In this document: positions 1 through 10,449 of the stretch, one piece after another
Layout: each line of letters begins with the position of its first letter
Numbering within the stretch: position 1 is the stretch's first letter
The notes under the pieces: model-generated
The model's input: the letters and a program-made list of their open reading frames with translations, nothing else
Database searches by the model: none
What the model was told of the DNA's origin: nothing
Translations under genes and position numbers: made by a program
Assembly (NCBI GenBank): GCA_051599415.1
Contig: AP039700.1
Span: 310,001 to 374,000 of the forward strand
From: Savitreella phatthalungensis
Taxonomy: Eukaryota
DNA: 64,000 bases
Reading direction: 5' to 3'

Positions 1-51
1 GTATTTGTCGCTCCTGCATCTTCACCTTCGGCTGATCTGCTCGCCCGACTA

Positions 52-2010
52 TCAATTCGATCTGATCTGTCGCAGCTCGGGTTCGAATTGTGTGTTTGCT
101 TTTCCATCGTGAATGGGCAGCTCTGAATATAATTTCCGAGTTGGAGGTTCGACGACGGCTGCGACGAAATATTCATAGGCGCCCGGCGGTAGGAGAACAT
201 GAGAAGCGGCCGATATGGCTTTCGAGATCAACTTGCAGCAGCAAGTTCTTGGGAATTTTATGTCTGGCGCAATGAATTTGTGGAAGGTGAAACAATGCCA
301 CGAGTGACCCACATCTCTGGAACGCGGTACTGCAGTGTTCTGCCAACTTGACCTTGCCTTCTCCTCTTCTATCTCCACTCTTTAGGCTCCACATTGGACA
401 GTCCGATAATCCGTCTCTCGAGACTTGTCACATCTCGACACATGCTGGAGTTTGGCTCCTGTCCTGATTGCAACATCCGTAGGCGTGGCTTGCGAGAGGA
501 TGTATTCTTTTTTATTCTGTCGCGGATCTTCAGCTCATGATCAATGGTAGAATATCCGTGAATTTTGACAAAGAGCAATCTCATCGAGAAGGACTTCTAA
601 TTCCTCCTCTAGCCTGATCTACAAGTTTCTTGTGTCCGCTGCAGCACGCTTCTCTCCGCTTCTCTCGCCTCTCTACTCTTCTCTCCGACGACCTCGCGTT
701 GATCTGTTGGTCAGATGAGCCGTCCAGAAGACCTGTGTATCCTAGATCTCGTTTTCTAGAAATGTGATAGGTCGATTTCTCTGTCGTATTCGATCGTTTG
801 GGTGGGTAGCATTCACCCAGGCAGAGTAAGCACTCGATCGTGAATTGAATCAGACTATCCAGAAACGCCACAGACAAGTAATTGGCTCTCACAATTGTGA
901 GAAAACGGTGGCAAGAACAGCGCTGGAAAATTTGTGAGTAGACGTCGTCTGCCGCTCCTTTTGTCAGGCGTCATCACAGCTCCACGTAAGGTGTGACTTG
1001 CATTTGCAGAGCTCATGCCACCGACATTTGCTCTTGCAGATGCATTCGGGCAGTGTTTGTCCGATCACAAGTTGACATTTGACGACCGCGACTCAAGTCG
1101 CTTCGTGTGTCAAGCTCCATCTAATCTCCGGCATTGCTCAAATTATCAGACGGGCAAGCAACAACATGTGCGCATACTTATCATGTGCGTGACTGACGTA
1201 AAGCTCAAAAACATGGCGTAGCTCTGTCTGGTGATTGTTTGTCTGCATCTACTCGAAACCACTGCTCGTATGACCTCTTCCAATCGTGCTTCATAATCTT
1301 GGGTATCATGCTGGCGAAGCTTTCGGGGTCATTTTGAGGTGTGTGCCGCTACTGTCTCGGAGTCGTGTCCCAAACTGTATCAGATACGAGATACAAGGAT
1401 CAGGATTGTGTTTCTAGAGGGTGTGCTCAACAACGATCCATCCTCAGCGTTCCGGCGCGGAGTCTCCCTGATTGACATTGCCAGTTTGTGATCCCCATTG
1501 GTGTTCAATGCTGCTGTCGGATGCATGAGACGATGGTAACGGTGAGCAGGCGCTATAAGGCACGGCAGGCATTGCTCGAACCAGGTCAAGATCTTTTTTT
1601 CACTGAGCGGAACATTGTCCAAGTCCATCCCACGAGCGACTCGCTTGGTACGCGGCTGAGTTCTTGCACAGGCTCTCTAAGCCTCGCGAGGCACTGCGCT
1701 GGGGTCAACAGTTCGGTGCCATCACCATTGCCTCCAGCGCTTTGGTACCGCGTGCCCCTGTTCGCTGGTCTGCATGGCGGCCAGTAAGATTCTCTGCTGT
1801 GGTGGACGAATGAGATGGCTGACATGAGGAGGTCGACGATGGGCGTCTACCACGGCGAATTGCTGTCCACGTGCACGGAGTTGACAAGTCACCTCATATG
1901 GGGACTCAATGCAAGACAGAACGAAATAGCTATCTGACGTAAGAGAACCAGTCGCATTGCACGATCGATGTTTGCACCTGCGATTAGGCCTTTGACTTGC
2001 CATACCCCTT
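52..2010 (-). pseudogene. Degenerate gene C, copy 1 (unknown function)
   Basis: Fragmented frames match 15700-17600(+) collinearly: IESPYEV..QLRA / FEDPLYNV..KLRA; PPHV / PPHV; WFEQCL / SFEQHL; LFVKIHGY / LVIKIHGF; PR..K..HVLLPPG..RKLYSEL / PR..K..HVYLETG..RKFTSFL. Many stops and frameshifts; ends approximate. Confidence 0.5.
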
Positions 2011-2299
2011 GAGATTCGTCCGGAATGCTAAATGTCGAGCTTCGGGTGTCTCTGATTTTCGAGTGTCCGGACTATGCTGACAACACAGCCCTGTATTGCT
2101 CGCCGGATCACATAGCTCCGCTTGTGCAACCTAAAAAGCTTCATCACATGTGATCGGACTGTGGCTCTTCACGGGAGAATTCTCCGAAAAGTGGAGGTGA
2201 TTGGTCGAAAATACTCTTTGCTCGAGCAGCTCCTACTGAATCCCTGTTACCTGGATTGAAAGCGACGGCAAAATTGAGGCAAGAACTGGTCTACCTCAT

Positions 2300-2900
2300 A
2301 GCGTTCGGCAACCGTGGACAATGCATATTTTGCCTATGTACTAAACAAGCCTTATCTTCACGACTCTAGACTCGGTCGGCCATCGAGAGACTCCTGCGGG
2401 TCAATCAGAGGCTTGCTGGCCCACGATGCCTAACAAGCTGCTTGTTGAAGTACAGCGGTGATGTTCACAGATTTCCAAGCTTGCTCGCGCATGACCCTCC
2501 AAAATGCACTGTGATTAAGCATGAGGTTGGCGTCTAGAAGATGCCAGAACATGCTTGTTCAAAATGCTCTACAAGACCTTTGTCGAACATGTTGTGGCTC
2601 ACTTGCTCAGGAGCCTCACATGCATCATGGTCAACTGAGAAATGCGACAACAAAGAGATGTTTAATCTGAGGCTCGCCTGCTCAGGTTGACCAATAAGTC
2701 AAGCCAAAGCACGAGACCTCAACGAAAAACGTCAAGGTCAGCTTGATCGGAATAATCAACAAGTGTCGGGGAAAGCGTGACATTCCTTTCTTGCTCGTAA
2801 CTCCCAATCAGCCTTATAGAGATATTGAGAAACCATTACGAACAGGGCTGCTCACAAGTCTGCAATCTGGATCCATCCCTAATCTCAGCGTCGAACAGAC
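2300..2900 (+). pseudogene. Degenerate gene B, copy 1 (zinc-finger-like relic)
   Basis: Fragments DNAYFAY..NK, HEVGV..CSKC..(frameshift)..EHVVAH, AKARD and CRGKRDIPF match the 10860-11310 fragments in the same order. Limits uncertain. Confidence 0.35.
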
Positions 2901-3859
2901 ATTGAAATTAATTAGGTATGAAGATGTTGACTTGGTCACAATATTAAAACAGCAGCTGAGGTCTACTGGCTCACCCGGTGGACCAGCCTGCCTGAAAAGC
3001 ATTGTGGTGAAGTTTCGGAATGTCGACAAGACAATCTTGCATTAGACATGGGTGAGCAGCGCAAACCTTAAGCTGTGTCGCGTGCAACAGACATATCTTG
3101 GCCACAGCACCGAGCCGGCGAAGGAGTGTACTGCGGTAGCACACGGGATCCCATACCGATACGTTCATATGTTGATATGTTTGGGCGCATGATCCAATGA
3201 GCCCGTGCTCGTCTTCAGACGAGACGATACTCACTCCGAGGACGGCATGCTGCACAATCAGGAATGAGATGGAGCCCCGCCAGGTGGGGAATAGGGGTGG
3301 AGCTCAAGAGCGAGAAACGCAATTAGTGTGGGTCGAGAATCTGAGATTATCATCTCTATGCATAGAACGCGATTGTATGGATTGATTGCAAAGTTGGCGA
3401 TGAGAGAGAATTGGGCAGAGGTGCTTGAGCCCTTTGCGCCGATCTCAAGTGTTTGCAAATCGAAATGGGCACTCCAGATCACTGACTTGACTTTCGCTCA
3501 TAGCAGGCAAAGGCATTTAGCGGATCGGTTGTGGTGGCAGCATAGCGCCGACAGACTCTTTCTTGTGGAGGCCTTGGCAAAGACCCATCTGTAGACGCTA
3601 TCATGGCTGCAGACGATGCATGCTTGTCCTGCTTGGATGACAGATAGAGGTATGCTCCAGGAAGACCACGAGGTCTGACCTGCTTGACCTAGAGCCACTC
3701 CATCACATTCTCGAGCCTATCCATCTCGTCCGAGAGCCTTTTCATCACGTCCCTCGAATATCCTGGACGGCAGGTAGATGCATTCTCGAGAGACCTGCAT
3801 CTGGTCATAGATTCATCTTGAAATCGCATATCTGACCAGGATCGGTATGATCGCCCGAC

Positions 3860-4076
3860 CCTTTTGTGGTGAAGTCACCAAATGCAGGAGGAATTCATCC
3901 GAGACGCTCCAGGAAATGACGTGCTAAGCGAGAATCCCGGGGATTCACCATTCGGAGAATTTATGCCTGTAAGCCACAATTTGATCGATTTTGCAGAAGC
4001 AAAGGCCCGACAGATCAGCTGAGTGGCATCCCGCACACCATTCACCTACAGGAGTTCCATGCAATCGGGCAAGCGA
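3860..4076 (+). repeat. Dispersed ~200-bp module, copy 1
   Basis: Core starts GTGCTAAGCGAGAA at 3921. 30-bp exact match GGCATCCCGCACACCATTCACCTACAGGAG at 4025-4054 and 9262-9291. Confidence 0.9.
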
Positions 4077-4464
4077 TCTATGGCTGGGGGGCAAAAGTTA
4101 GAGAGGCATCTCGAGATAGACAGATCCGAACGCAGATTCTAGAATGAACACAATAGCTATGGCGGTCTGATCTTGCATTGGGTCTACGAGCAGTTCCTCA
4201 ACTCATTCTATTTGACTCGCCCCTCGTCTATGATTTAAGGGTGCCCCTCAATCTTTCCGCCGAGTCTACACATAAATTAAAGTTTAATCATCAGATTTCA
4301 CATGTCAACGGTCATGAGCACCGTTACAAGATAGGCCTCATTGATGCACATGTTAGGCCTCATTGATGCACATGAACCTATGTTGGGAGAGGGCATATAT
4401 CCTCCATCTTTGCCCTTCCACACGCTCGACATAGGTCAGCTCTGCTATCAGCTTCTCGGCAAAC

Positions 4465-7400
4465 ATGGGCAAGAAGCGCAAATGGACCGGAGGCGATTCC
4501 GACGTTCCTCGACTCACCCGAAAACCATGTGCGGCGAGGCTCAAGCAGCTCAGAGATGTTCTCAGGGACGATGTAACGCAAGTCTTTGATGCGTTTGATC
4601 CAAGTGACGGGCCACTGGGCAAAAGGGATCTCGGCTTTATTTCACTGGTCATGGCCTCTTCGTCTGATTCACCGCGACCGTCATCTTCTCATCCACCGCC
4701 CTCGTCATCGCAACCACTCCAAGCAAGTCGCGAGGAACGCCTCGAGCGCTTTAGGGGTGAACTCCAAGTCGGCAGCGACGATCATCTGGACGAGAGACTG
4801 AAGGCCTCGCGAGCGAGGTACCCGAAGTCATGGAGCCTGATCGAGCAAGCTCGCACAAGATTGAGCGCTAAATTGATGCAGGTCAACAATGTCTGGGCAA
4901 CGCCGCTGCTCTATCTCATTGATTTGTACATCAACGAGGCACTCTCACACAACAGAGATCCGCTGATGTGGCGTCCGTCTAACCTGCCCTGTCTGGAAAG
5001 CGTCCTGGCGCTAGAACCGCGCCGTGGCATCGACTCATACATTCACGACGACTTGTTGGAGTTTATGCTGTGTTCCGATCGGCTCCAAACCTTTGGGGGT
5101 GAACGAGTCTCATCACGTCCGCGCCATGTCCATCTAGTCAGGAATCCAAACGAGGTCCAGCAATTCATCTTTGGGGTGTCGGAGGACGCGGCACTACAGA
5201 TTTACAGGGACATGGCGGACATGGACAGGCGAGCGTTTGGGAGGGGCGAACCGCCAGGGTGTACGTTCTCGGATCTGCGGGAGGAGTGCACAACGATTCT
5301 ATTCCCCCTGAATCCCACGACCCGGCACTGGGTTGCCGTCGTCGCGTCTCTGAGGTCTCCCCGACACGTCCTAGAGCTAGAGGGAGGCCCATGTGTGATT
5401 GAAGTCACAATCTTCGACTCCATCGGCGACAACAGCGCCTACAAAGATCGCATGGAGTTTGACATTGTGCAGCTCCTCACGCTGCTTGTCCGAAACAAGT
5501 CCTTATCGGTCACTCTCGACTGCGATGTGGATGTCAAAATCGAGTATGGCCGATGCTCCAAGCAACACAATGATGAGGACTGTGGCGTGCTGACCTCCGA
5601 CAACCTCCTTCGGCTAGACAACCTCCTTCGGCTAGAACGAGACGGGGAGCTCCCTCTGCCCATCACAGATCTGCCCATCACAGATCCCCATGAGATGCAA
5701 CTTCATGGTGAGGAACTTCGCTGGACCACCATGGGGGAGATACGCACAGCCTTCGAACGTCAAACCTTTGGGCCCTATGTCCGTCACCCTAAGAAGAAGC
5801 ACCAAAAGACCGCACGTCGCATTGCAGCTTTGGAGCAGGACCTAGACCGCATGACAGACACATCACCATCATTCGTGCCGCGAGTGCTGGCTTCCAAATC
5901 GAAAGATGATCTCTGCAGCTCGCGACAGAATCTGACACAGCTCGTTACAGACCACCTAGCGATCTCTGGAGGTGCTTCCACCTTTACATCAATCCTGAGG
6001 TCAGTCGAAGCCAGATGGGGCAAAGTCTTTGCCAAGCAGGAGGTCTCCCTGGCTGCGCTTGTGGAAGCACTGCTGGTTGCCTGCCCGGCGTCATTTGCAA
6101 AGAGCGGGAACAGCTGGGTCCTGCACGAAGCACCCGCAAGCTTCACAACAGCACAGGTCCGCCTGATTCAGCACCCGAGTCACGATGCGAGTCACGATGT
6201 CTACGGATCGGCCTCCCAGCACGATCGGCAGAACAAGTGTCACGACGACGACGTCTACGAATCGGCGTCCCACCATGATTGGCAGATCCCGTACGAGGAG
6301 ACACATCTTGTTGTTGCTGTATCGCGCAAGAGCCGTGGACACGTCAACGATCACGCGGTTGAGGCTCACAAGCGCAGACCCGGGCAGATCGAGGAGGCCT
6401 TCTATGCCAGATACTCCACCACCACCACCCAAGAACGACGCATCAAGGTCAAGGACTTTGCCCACCTCCAGCAAGTTCTAGAGAAGGGCAAGCTGGGCTG
6501 GTACTCTTTGCCGATCGAACCAGTGTCCAGCCGCGCAAGGTTTCTAGAGCGCAATGACCCTATCAACTCCGACTTCCTGAAGCTGCTCCAGGACGCCAAC
6601 AACTTTCCGGTGAGACACGACGTCAGGAGAAGCAAAATGCGTGAGCTTCTTCAGGAGAAGAACTGCTTGAATGTCCGTCTGGTCGCCACTGGATGGGACG
6701 GACTCTCGACGAATCCTGATACGTTCACTTGGCTCGTTGAGACGTTCAAGAACGTCAACTTTACGCTTACTCTGATCATCAGGGACAGCTCGATCCTTGA
6801 TCTCACCAGCTTTGGTCCGGGTACGCCCCATGGGTCAGGTCTGGATCACTCAGGTCTGACGCGCCACGACGGACTGAAAGATCTGACCTGGTTCAACTTC
6901 AGTATCAGGCATCTCGCCTCCCTGCGGAGTGGCATTCCGACAAGGCTGGACAGGGTGGAGGCTCATCACTTGCGCCTCCTACTGTACCTCTACAAGATCG
7001 ACTGTGCCAAGGCACTACAAGGGGTGATTGAGCGCGTTATCGGCTACAATGACAAAAGCTTCAAGCAGAAAGGCGAATCTCTCGGCTGCTATCTAGCGAG
7101 CACATGGACGCGCCTCGGCCTGGATCTGCCAACAGCCAACGATCGATCACCTGCCAACGATCGAGATGATCGAATTCCAACAGACGATCGATCTCTCGAT
7201 CGTGCAACAGACCGATGCGCAGCGCGAGAGGAGAGCACATACCTCTGTCCAGTATGTGACAAGGAAATGCCGCTTGTTGAGGCACGAGGTCATCTGGGAC
7301 GGCACATCGCATGCTCTGGCGATGGGAAGAAGTGTCCGGTCGCACTGTGCACTTACACTCTTCCAAAGTCGCATCGTCCGGTTATGCTGGCTCACATCAA

Positions 7401-8127
7401 GACACACGAGACCACTGCAGGCAAAAGTCGGCCAAGACTAGTCTGCGTTGACTGTGGTGCCTCCTTCAAGCACGAAAATCAGCTTGTTCAACATGCCGCA
7501 GTTCACAGAGGAGAGTACGTCTGCGATGACAGCGATTGCGGAGAAGTAGATCGCACCTTTGACAGACGCGGGCTGAAGGGGCACAGGAAGAGGATACATG
7601 GCCATCTGTACAAGCACCACAGTGCCTCAAACTACAATCTGCCATATATCTGCGGGCATTCAACCTGTCGAAAGGGGTTCAAAAGCCTGCACGCATTGCG
7701 AACGCACGATCGGCAGGGTCACAGACGTCATCAGACAAGAACGGTGCAAGACAACGACCATACGAATGAGGCTGTGGGTGAGGACACGAGTGGAGGTGCG
7801 CATGAGGCTGCGAGTGAGTACACGATTGAAGATGATCGAGACGCACTGGAGGTCGAAGATGAGAAAGACGCAATAGAAGACGATTACCACGAAGATGCAG
7901 TGGAAGTCGAAGACGACGCAGACGCACCCGAAGACGAAGACGACGAAGACGACGAAGACGCACCCGAAGACGAAGACGGACTCGAAGACGAAAACGACGA
8001 AGACGCACTCGAAGACGAGGAATGGAACTGGCCTTCAAGCTCTCCTGCACCACAGAGCGACGACAAGCTAAGTTTATGGCGCAGGCCGCCGGTGGCAAAG
8101 TTCTGCCCCTTCTCTATTCCCGTCTGA
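4465..8127 (+). CDS. ORF A: 1220-aa multidomain protein (Ulp1/C48-like protease, winged-helix-like segment, serine-recombinase-like segment, 5 C2H2 zinc fingers, acidic tail)
   Basis: Uninterrupted ATG-initiated 3.66-kb ORF. C48 motifs HW (H288), FDS (D318), QxNxxDCG (Q367, C373). Five CxxC/Cx4C...Hx3-4H fingers at aa ~928-1086 (nt ~7240-7722). D/E-rich tail. Confidence 0.85.
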   Translation: MGKKRKWTGGDSDVPRLTRKPCAARLKQLRDVLRDDVTQVFDAFDPSDGPLGKRDLGFISLVMASSSDSPRPSSSHPPPSSSQPLQASREERLERFRGELQVGSDDHLDERLKASRARYPKSWSLIEQARTRLSAKLMQVNNVWATPLLYLIDLYINEALSHNRDPLMWRPSNLPCLESVLALEPRRGIDSYIHDDLLEFMLCSDRLQTFGGERVSSRPRHVHLVRNPNEVQQFIFGVSEDAALQIYRDMADMDRRAFGRGEPPGCTFSDLREECTTILFPLNPTTRHWVAVVASLRSPRHVLELEGGPCVIEVTIFDSIGDNSAYKDRMEFDIVQLLTLLVRNKSLSVTLDCDVDVKIEYGRCSKQHNDEDCGVLTSDNLLRLDNLLRLERDGELPLPITDLPITDPHEMQLHGEELRWTTMGEIRTAFERQTFGPYVRHPKKKHQKTARRIAALEQDLDRMTDTSPSFVPRVLASKSKDDLCSSRQNLTQLVTDHLAISGGASTFTSILRSVEARWGKVFAKQEVSLAALVEALLVACPASFAKSGNSWVLHEAPASFTTAQVRLIQHPSHDASHDVYGSASQHDRQNKCHDDDVYESASHHDWQIPYEETHLVVAVSRKSRGHVNDHAVEAHKRRPGQIEEAFYARYSTTTTQERRIKVKDFAHLQQVLEKGKLGWYSLPIEPVSSRARFLERNDPINSDFLKLLQDANNFPVRHDVRRSKMRELLQEKNCLNVRLVATGWDGLSTNPDTFTWLVETFKNVNFTLTLIIRDSSILDLTSFGPGTPHGSGLDHSGLTRHDGLKDLTWFNFSIRHLASLRSGIPTRLDRVEAHHLRLLLYLYKIDCAKALQGVIERVIGYNDKSFKQKGESLGCYLASTWTRLGLDLPTANDRSPANDRDDRIPTDDRSLDRATDRCAAREESTYLCPVCDKEMPLVEARGHLGRHIACSGDGKKCPVALCTYTLPKSHRPVMLAHIKTHETTAGKSRPRLVCVDCGASFKHENQLVQHAAVHRGEYVCDDSDCGEVDRTFDRRGLKGHRKRIHGHLYKHHSASNYNLPYICGHSTCRKGFKSLHALRTHDRQGHRRHQTRTVQDNDHTNEAVGEDTSGGAHEAASEYTIEDDRDALEVEDEKDAIEDDYHEDAVEVEDDADAPEDEDDEDDEDAPEDEDGLEDENDEDALEDEEWNWPSSSPAPQSDDKLSLWRRPPVAKFCPFSIPV

Positions 8128-9114
8128 AGCACGACGCAGTCGATGTTACGAATGTATCCTCACACGACTATTATCCGACCCATTGAATTAAATCGAATCG
8201 TTGGCCTACAGCCACAATTAGTTCCAGCCAGATGGTGCGTACTCTATGTAAGGATGCGCAGGCTTCCATATCAGATACCACTCCTTTTCACTCCGATTGC
8301 GAACCCAGGCTTGACACTATATCTATACAAAACCTTGTGTATTTTTCCAATCGGCCACCCTGGGTCATTTGAATGAGGCGTCAAACCCGTCCGAGCACTA
8401 GCTTCTCGTCTATTGTGTGGTGCTATCGAACAGAACACCTGAGGATCGCTCAATGGAAAGATGTGCTGACCATGCTTTGCCACCGAGCTTAGACAGGGCA
8501 TTGAAGTCGCCTGAAGACGGCCGATCGCTATGTCAAGCTGGACACTGACACTCCGTCAGCCGTTCCACAATTGCTGCTCGCCTTCTCTGAATCAATCCGA
8601 TAGGCGATCATTTGATGTCAATGGACGCGCCAGGACGCAATATGAGGTTGGGACAAAGCCGGGCGAAGCCGATTGTAAAATTGCACTGTTCTCACACGTC
8701 CGCAACCTTCTTGGGCGCCCGACATGATACACACAACCTTCACAGAGAAGAGGCAGAGCCACTTCAAAGAGCTGTTGTGGTGGGAAATTCTGCTTGACGC
8801 ACTTTCTCTTCTCGCCAATTCATCCGGTCCGATCGCGATGATCGAAACACATGCGCGAGCGTATTGACCCTCACCTCCTCCCCTATACGAGAAAGATACC
8901 ATGCGACCTGCAGACTGGATCGATCAACGAGCTAAATCATGGTTGAGGTCTTTCCACAAGGCAACAGACGATCGATCGAAGCCCCGTCCATAGACTAAGC
9001 GTGTCAGACAGCAAGTCAACGCGTTCTTGCCACAGGATGGGAGATTAGTGATCATGAGCTCTACCCAATACCCATGTCCACGTTTCGTTTGGACTACTTC
9101 AGGGTAATATCAAC

Positions 9115-9313
9115 GCAGGCAGGAGGTTCCCGTAGGAGCAGCTCGAGCGAAGAAGGTGCTGAGCGAGAATTCCAGGTCCCCCCATCTTTCGAAGAATTTA
9201 TGCTTCTCAGCCACAATCCAATCGACTTTGCAGAAGCAAAGGCCCGTAAGATCAGCTGCGCGGCATCCCGCACACCATTCACCTACAGGAGCTCCATGAA
9301 CTCGGGCAAGCGA
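9115..9313 (+). repeat. Dispersed module, copy 2 (direct repeat of 3860-4076)
   Basis: GTGCTGAGCGAGAA at 9156; collinear with copy 1 through TCGGGCAAGCGA. Confidence 0.9.
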
Positions 9314-9626
9314 ATAACGATCGAGTGGAGAGAGTGGCAGAGAGAGTAACGAGGGTGATTCAATCTTGTTGTACGACGCAAACCTCGACGAAATTTGAGA
9401 GGCCGGTTTCTTGAGACTGGCGATCCTCGCGTCTTGCCGACTACACATGATACCCTCGGGAGCTCAACCACTATCGAGCGTGTTGTCCGATGCAATCCAT
9501 TGCTGAAGTAAAGTGCTGGGAGATAGAAGTAGTAAAGACGAAAACAGAGGAGCACGGCGGACAGAACTGTCACCCAACCGCTTTGACAGACGCACGTGAG
9601 AAGAGAAGAGAAAAAAGAAAAAAAAA

Positions 9627-9726
9627 TGCCTCCACCCGGATTTGAACCGGGGACCTTGTCGTCTCACATATTTTCTATGGCGAAAATTTTACAAGCGACA
9701 CGCCTTGACCACTGAGCTATAGAGGC
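9627..9726 (-). tRNA. tRNA-Thr(UGU) with intron
   Basis: Minus strand GCCTCTA TAGCTCAGTGG ... anticodon stem TGTCG/CGACA, loop CT-TGT-A, ~27-nt intron after position 37, T-arm GGTTCAAATCC, 3' TGGAGGC-A, followed by an oligo-T Pol III terminator. Confidence 0.95.
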
Positions 9727-10449
9727 TGGCGAAAAATCCGGAAATCGAAAGGGTCCGGGGATCTGCGATGGTAGGATCGCACAAGCGCCTTGTATATATA
9801 GAAACGGCTTGTGAAGGTGGCGTTCGAAATGGTACACAATCGGACCAAATTGCAATCCTTCGACTCTTGCGGGTCAATTGCGTTTGTCCTTGCTTGCTTG
9901 TTCTGGTTGAAATCTTCTCGAGTTTCTCAGCTGCGCAGTCATCATATGTCAACGACAAATCACATCAACCCAAGGACATCAATTTGGACGCGTCTCTGTG
10001 TATACCGCATTTCGCGTTGAAACTGGCACGTCGAGACACACGTCTCACGTCTGCCGGCTAATCCGTTCACCTAGCGGGTCTTCAACGAAATGTTCTTTTG
10101 CTCAGACATGGCTAATATGCGCAGAGCGACTCGAGGCTATCGAGACGATCTCCACTCCCTCTTCCAAATGTAGTATGTGTCAAAGTTCGAGCTTGTTGAG
10201 TATGATAGAAAGCTCATCGCGAAAAGTTGATGTTGTGATAGCAATGCCTCGCTTGAAAATCGCCCTCGAACGTTCAGCCGGACGTTATCGATGTGGTTCG
10301 ACCGGGATCGTGATCGGTTCATGGCACTTTGGTCTAACTTTGTCTTTGGAATCGGATCGGCCGGTCACATTATGTGGCTAAGACGGAATTTAGCACCTTC
10401 GACGTGTCCTTCTGCACCGACAAAACCGACGTCAAGTGTTGAGTGAATC

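Noticed and set aside
3921..4076. Self-cleaving ribozyme in the repeated module
   Set aside because: No hammerhead core (CUGANGA..GAAA) or convincing HDV-like fold could be seen by eye on either strand.
4465..8127. Housekeeping ULP1/ULP2 SUMO protease or ordinary C2H2 transcription factor
   Set aside because: The protease domain is N-proximal and divergent and is fused to unrelated domains, and decayed paralogs lie nearby.
3860..9313. LTR retrotransposon
   Set aside because: No gag, RT (YxDD), RNase H or integrase motifs; no TG..CA termini, PBS or TSD seen.
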